From contig PS015109.1 of NCBI GenBank assembly GCA_048213135.1, positions 140,327 through 195,116 on the forward strand: DNA of 54,790 bases, given 5' to 3'. Of the stretch, positions 53,301 through 54,790 are shown one piece after another (positions within the stretch are counted from its first letter, which is position 1; every line of letters begins with the position of its first letter). The position numbers and the translations under genes were made by a program. The notes beneath the pieces are model-generated. The model was given only the letters and a program-made list of their open reading frames with translations, made no database searches and was not told where the DNA came from. Source of the DNA: Reclinomonas americana ATCC 50394 (Eukaryota).

Positions 53301-54701
53301 CTGGTACCAGTAGAGCTGGCTGGACTCGCTGCGACGAGTGAAGGCGGCAGCGATATCCGACGAACGAGGTGGTTTCCCTTTTCTGCAATCCGCAAACGCA
53401 TGAATGAGAAGTCATGGGTGAACAACAAATGCGAAACTAATCTAAAGAGAGACACAGAAAGAGAGGCAGGTAAGCAGGTATCAGATTTGCAGCCGACGTG
53501 CACAACCAGTATCTATCCACTTTTCTTGGTAAAAGTCACCAAACCTGCAATAACCAGTCCGCCATTGATAAAATCAAGTGCCACGCCATACTGTATAACA
53601 ACGGGTGAGCGGCACGAACGCAACAATACATGCAAGTCCACGAACCGGGTTAAACATTGTGGCCACTGACGTTGAGCCGTCTGCAGAGCCGGTCACGCTG
53701 GCCAAACCGACAAGAGTCGAAACTGCGCCACTCGAGACGGACACTTGTCGCACGGTGCAACTGGTCAGCTGCAAAGGCCATGCGATGCAGTCAATACGGT
53801 AGTAATCCCCAAAGCACAGCAAATGTCGACGGCCACGCAACATCGGTCACATACAGCACGCCGACAATTGGATCGAGAGCCAGTCCTGTTGGTCCATTGA
53901 AGCGAGCATCTGAGGCCGCCCCATCAGCCACGCCAGCCGCCGACCCCGCAACACCTGCCAGTGTCGACACTGCCAGCGACGCCAGGTCGACACGTCGGAT
54001 GGCGTTGTTGACGGAATCTGCAATGAACAGCGCGGAGCCAGATGCGTCGAGGGTGATTCCCAACGGCGAGTTGAAGCGCGCAGCAACGCCAACGCCATCA
54101 GCGGTGCCAGCAGTGCCAGCGGAACCGACAAGAGCAATCACCACGCCAGTTGATGAAATGCGACTGGGAGCGCAAACAATCAGCACAGGGGAGAAGGGGG
54201 AGTGGAGAGAGGGAGAGAGAAAGGAGAAGAAGAAGAAACAAAAGAAGGAGGAGGAAGAAGAAGTGGAAGAAGAAGATGATGAAGAAGAAGAGAAGAAGAA
54301 GAAGAAGAAATGAAGAAGAAGAAAATGAAAAAGAAGATGAAGAAGAAGAGAAGGAGAAGAGAAGGAGAAGAGAAGGAGAAGAGAAGGAGAAGAGAAGGAG
54401 AAGAGAAGGAGAAGAGAAGGAGAAGAGAAGAAAAAGAAAGAACGAAAAGAAGAAGAACAAGAACAAGAAGAACAAAAACAACAAAAAGAACAAGAACAAG
54501 AACGAGAACAACAAGAAGAACAAGAAGAAGAACAAGAACAAGAACAAGAACAAGAAGAAGGAGAAAAAGAGAAGAAGGAGAAGAAGACGGAGATGACTGA
54601 CTACCGACAAAGATGAAACGATAACAATAACAAATCACATGTATGGCATCGGAAGGACACCTAAGCAGCAGGCACGCAGAGACGAGAACACGCGCGCGCC
54701 G

Positions 54702-54751
<50 letters not shown>

Positions 54752-54790
54752 GGCCAACTCACCGAATGCAGTGACCTGACAAATTCAGCG
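10257..54790 (-). CDS. Giant polycystin-1-like (REJ-GAIN/GPS-5TM) cell-surface receptor with NHL/FN3, EGF and Ig-like ectodomain; 5' end lies beyond the window
   Basis: Continuous series of minus-strand exons with GT-AG introns. Domain order: NHL/FN3 modules > EGF > Ig-like > FN3 > REJ > GAIN/GPS > TM1-5. Likely last exon 10327-10257 (GWNFRDLLSTATAATVVKVINVV*). Not every exon junction was resolved, especially within 11800-18400. Confidence 0.82.
10416..20740 (-). other. Polycystin-1-type TM1-TM5 region with a long cytoplasmic TM3-TM4 loop
   Basis: TM1 STFVIVVCAYC/VIYLVQLYIGYKLD (about 20580-20730); NHSWMSTIVCPNADRFRRTQRTT/TLWFAVCLALYCNAVF (19850-20030, like the PKD1 HxWxS...FTRxQR + TM2); TM3 GVIMAPVVWIVSQVFKR (about 18590-18640); TM4 DLPLALVPWTFVILWLAGAFLIIMTLI (11180-11842); TM5 LLLLHVVVADILVNEPLKIAFFAFL (10416-10490, PKD1-type EPLK). 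Confidence 0.8.
12372..13160. repeat. Intronic approximately 110-bp minisatellite
   Basis: Unit cccatcccgtctcgct...cttccgcctaaatgctcttttctcttcacctttcacctttctcttctccc starts at about 12375, 12488, 12598 and 12709, with degenerate copies afterwards. Confidence 0.8.
21397..21597 (-). other. GPS autoproteolysis motif at the end of a GAIN domain (GAIN about 21400-24400)
   Basis: After removing intron 21544-21480: CVYWNETQSAWRSDGCSTYARVASGTRDVVSFVCLCNHMTDFSV, matching C-x-(Y/F)W...W...GC...C-x-C-x-H-(L/M)|T-x-F. Confidence 0.92.
23965..24250. repeat. (CTCCCT/CTCACC)n and (CCCTTT)n hexamer repeats in an intron
   Basis: Directly visible; these give rise to the low-complexity GEGE/LSLS ORFs. Confidence 0.95.
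24440..26000 (-). other. REJ (receptor for egg jelly/PKD) domain
   Basis: VDPD...FNWGC; LTGGLQYVFEL; PTVGILEVTPLSGVARSTAFTFTMSEFIDVDLP; VGVSARDTFGGAVDVTTTIAV. These match the characteristic REJ motifs PxxGxxxVxPxxG.A..TxFTF...DxDLP and VxVxDxxG. Confidence 0.8.
26150..27880 (-). other. Two FN3-like domains
   Basis: RPQNVTL...LCVVTGLLPNTNYTFSV (27580-27880) and LCTLAGLEAATGYYDLYVRTV (26150-26300) resemble the FN3 LxPxTxY tyrosine-corner motif. Confidence 0.6.
26520..27306. repeat. (CTCA)n tetramer and (CTCCCT)n hexamer repeats in an intron
   Basis: CTCA run at about 26575-26850 and CTCCCT run at 27223-27306. Confidence 0.95.
27970..30797 (-). repeat. Seven approximately 110-120 aa Ig/IPT-like repeats with two conserved Cys
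   Basis: Units begin with xxPxTL....SLTLxGxxL, have a central Cys, and end with (Y/W)xVC(V/L/F)(D/E/N): WSVCVD, ICVD, YAVCLE, WVICVN, YTVCVD, YVMCFD, YVVCVD. Confidence 0.7.
30870..31420 (-). other. EGF / laminin-EGF-like repeats
   Basis: CQCPAGRYGRRCAGICPSCSNGGTCDDGVQGSGLCRC ... CERGWYDNRCSTACQCQNGGACSDGVTGNGSCSCPP (ORF 30399-31322). Confidence 0.88.
41262..48546. repeat. Dispersed duplication: module 46200-48546 is a close copy of module 41262-43485
   Basis: 41865-42600 and 46874-47610 are nearly identical including introns (the ORFs at 41585-42379 and 46555-47388 share almost the same translation). Flanking parts are more diverged. Confidence 0.92.
54190..54750. repeat. (AAG/AAC)n and (GA)n low-complexity tracts within intron 54164-54762
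   Basis: Directly visible. The intron is bounded by CG|GTGAGT and cccag|T and restores the frame HCIR/RISSTG. Confidence 0.9.

Larger units (their letters stand above)
31420..54790 (-). repeat. At least 11 tandem protein modules (10 complete + 1 partial), each FN3-like N-half + 6 NHL repeats + FN3-like C-half
   Basis: Approximate module spans: >54790-53182, 53108-50658, 50585-48619, 48546-46199, 46086-43553, 43485-41260, 41187-39177, 39101-37123, 37050-35221, 35150-33310, 33233-31420. Each starts with APTVTTxAATxxxSTxATLxGxVN, contains GxxGxxDGxGxAARFxxPxGLAVD...LYVAD..NH.IR repeats, and ends with LxPxTxYYYR...GxVxxFTT. Confidence 0.9.

Noticed and set aside
54098-54638. K/E/R-rich and F/L/S-rich ORFs
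   Set aside because: Microsatellite inside intron 54164-54762.
31420-54790. Calling the gene a teneurin or an adhesion GPCR
   Set aside because: No YD/RHS shell is seen, and the membrane region carries polycystin-1 TM1-5 signatures rather than a 7-TM GPCR.

Overview
Eukaryotic draft-genome window, probably from a protist (species not identifiable from sequence alone). It is intron-rich, has six N-gaps and many microsatellites, and carries two genes, both on the minus strand and arranged head-to-tail. (1) About 2157-8551: an NLR-like NACHT-pentapeptide-WD40 gene. I spliced 12 exons by hand into one open frame. It has 14 near-identical 126-bp WD40 repeats whose variation is concentrated at a few positions. 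(2) About 10257 to beyond 54790: a giant, 5'-truncated polycystin-1-like receptor gene, roughly 7,000-8,000 aa within the window by my estimate. From the N-terminus it has at least 11 tandem modules, each a 6-bladed NHL beta-propeller apparently inserted inside a split FN3-like domain. These are followed by EGF repeats, 7 Cys-containing Ig/IPT-like repeats, 2 FN3-like domains, REJ, GAIN/GPS (H-M|T) and five polycystin-1-type TM segments. I see no PLAT domain and no 6-TM channel domain. Both genes also share an unusual splice-donor pattern: when the exon does not end in G, the donor is usually GTTNCG (G at +6), like a shifted-register 5' splice site. Exon models and domain calls are manual motif recognition; no searches were run.
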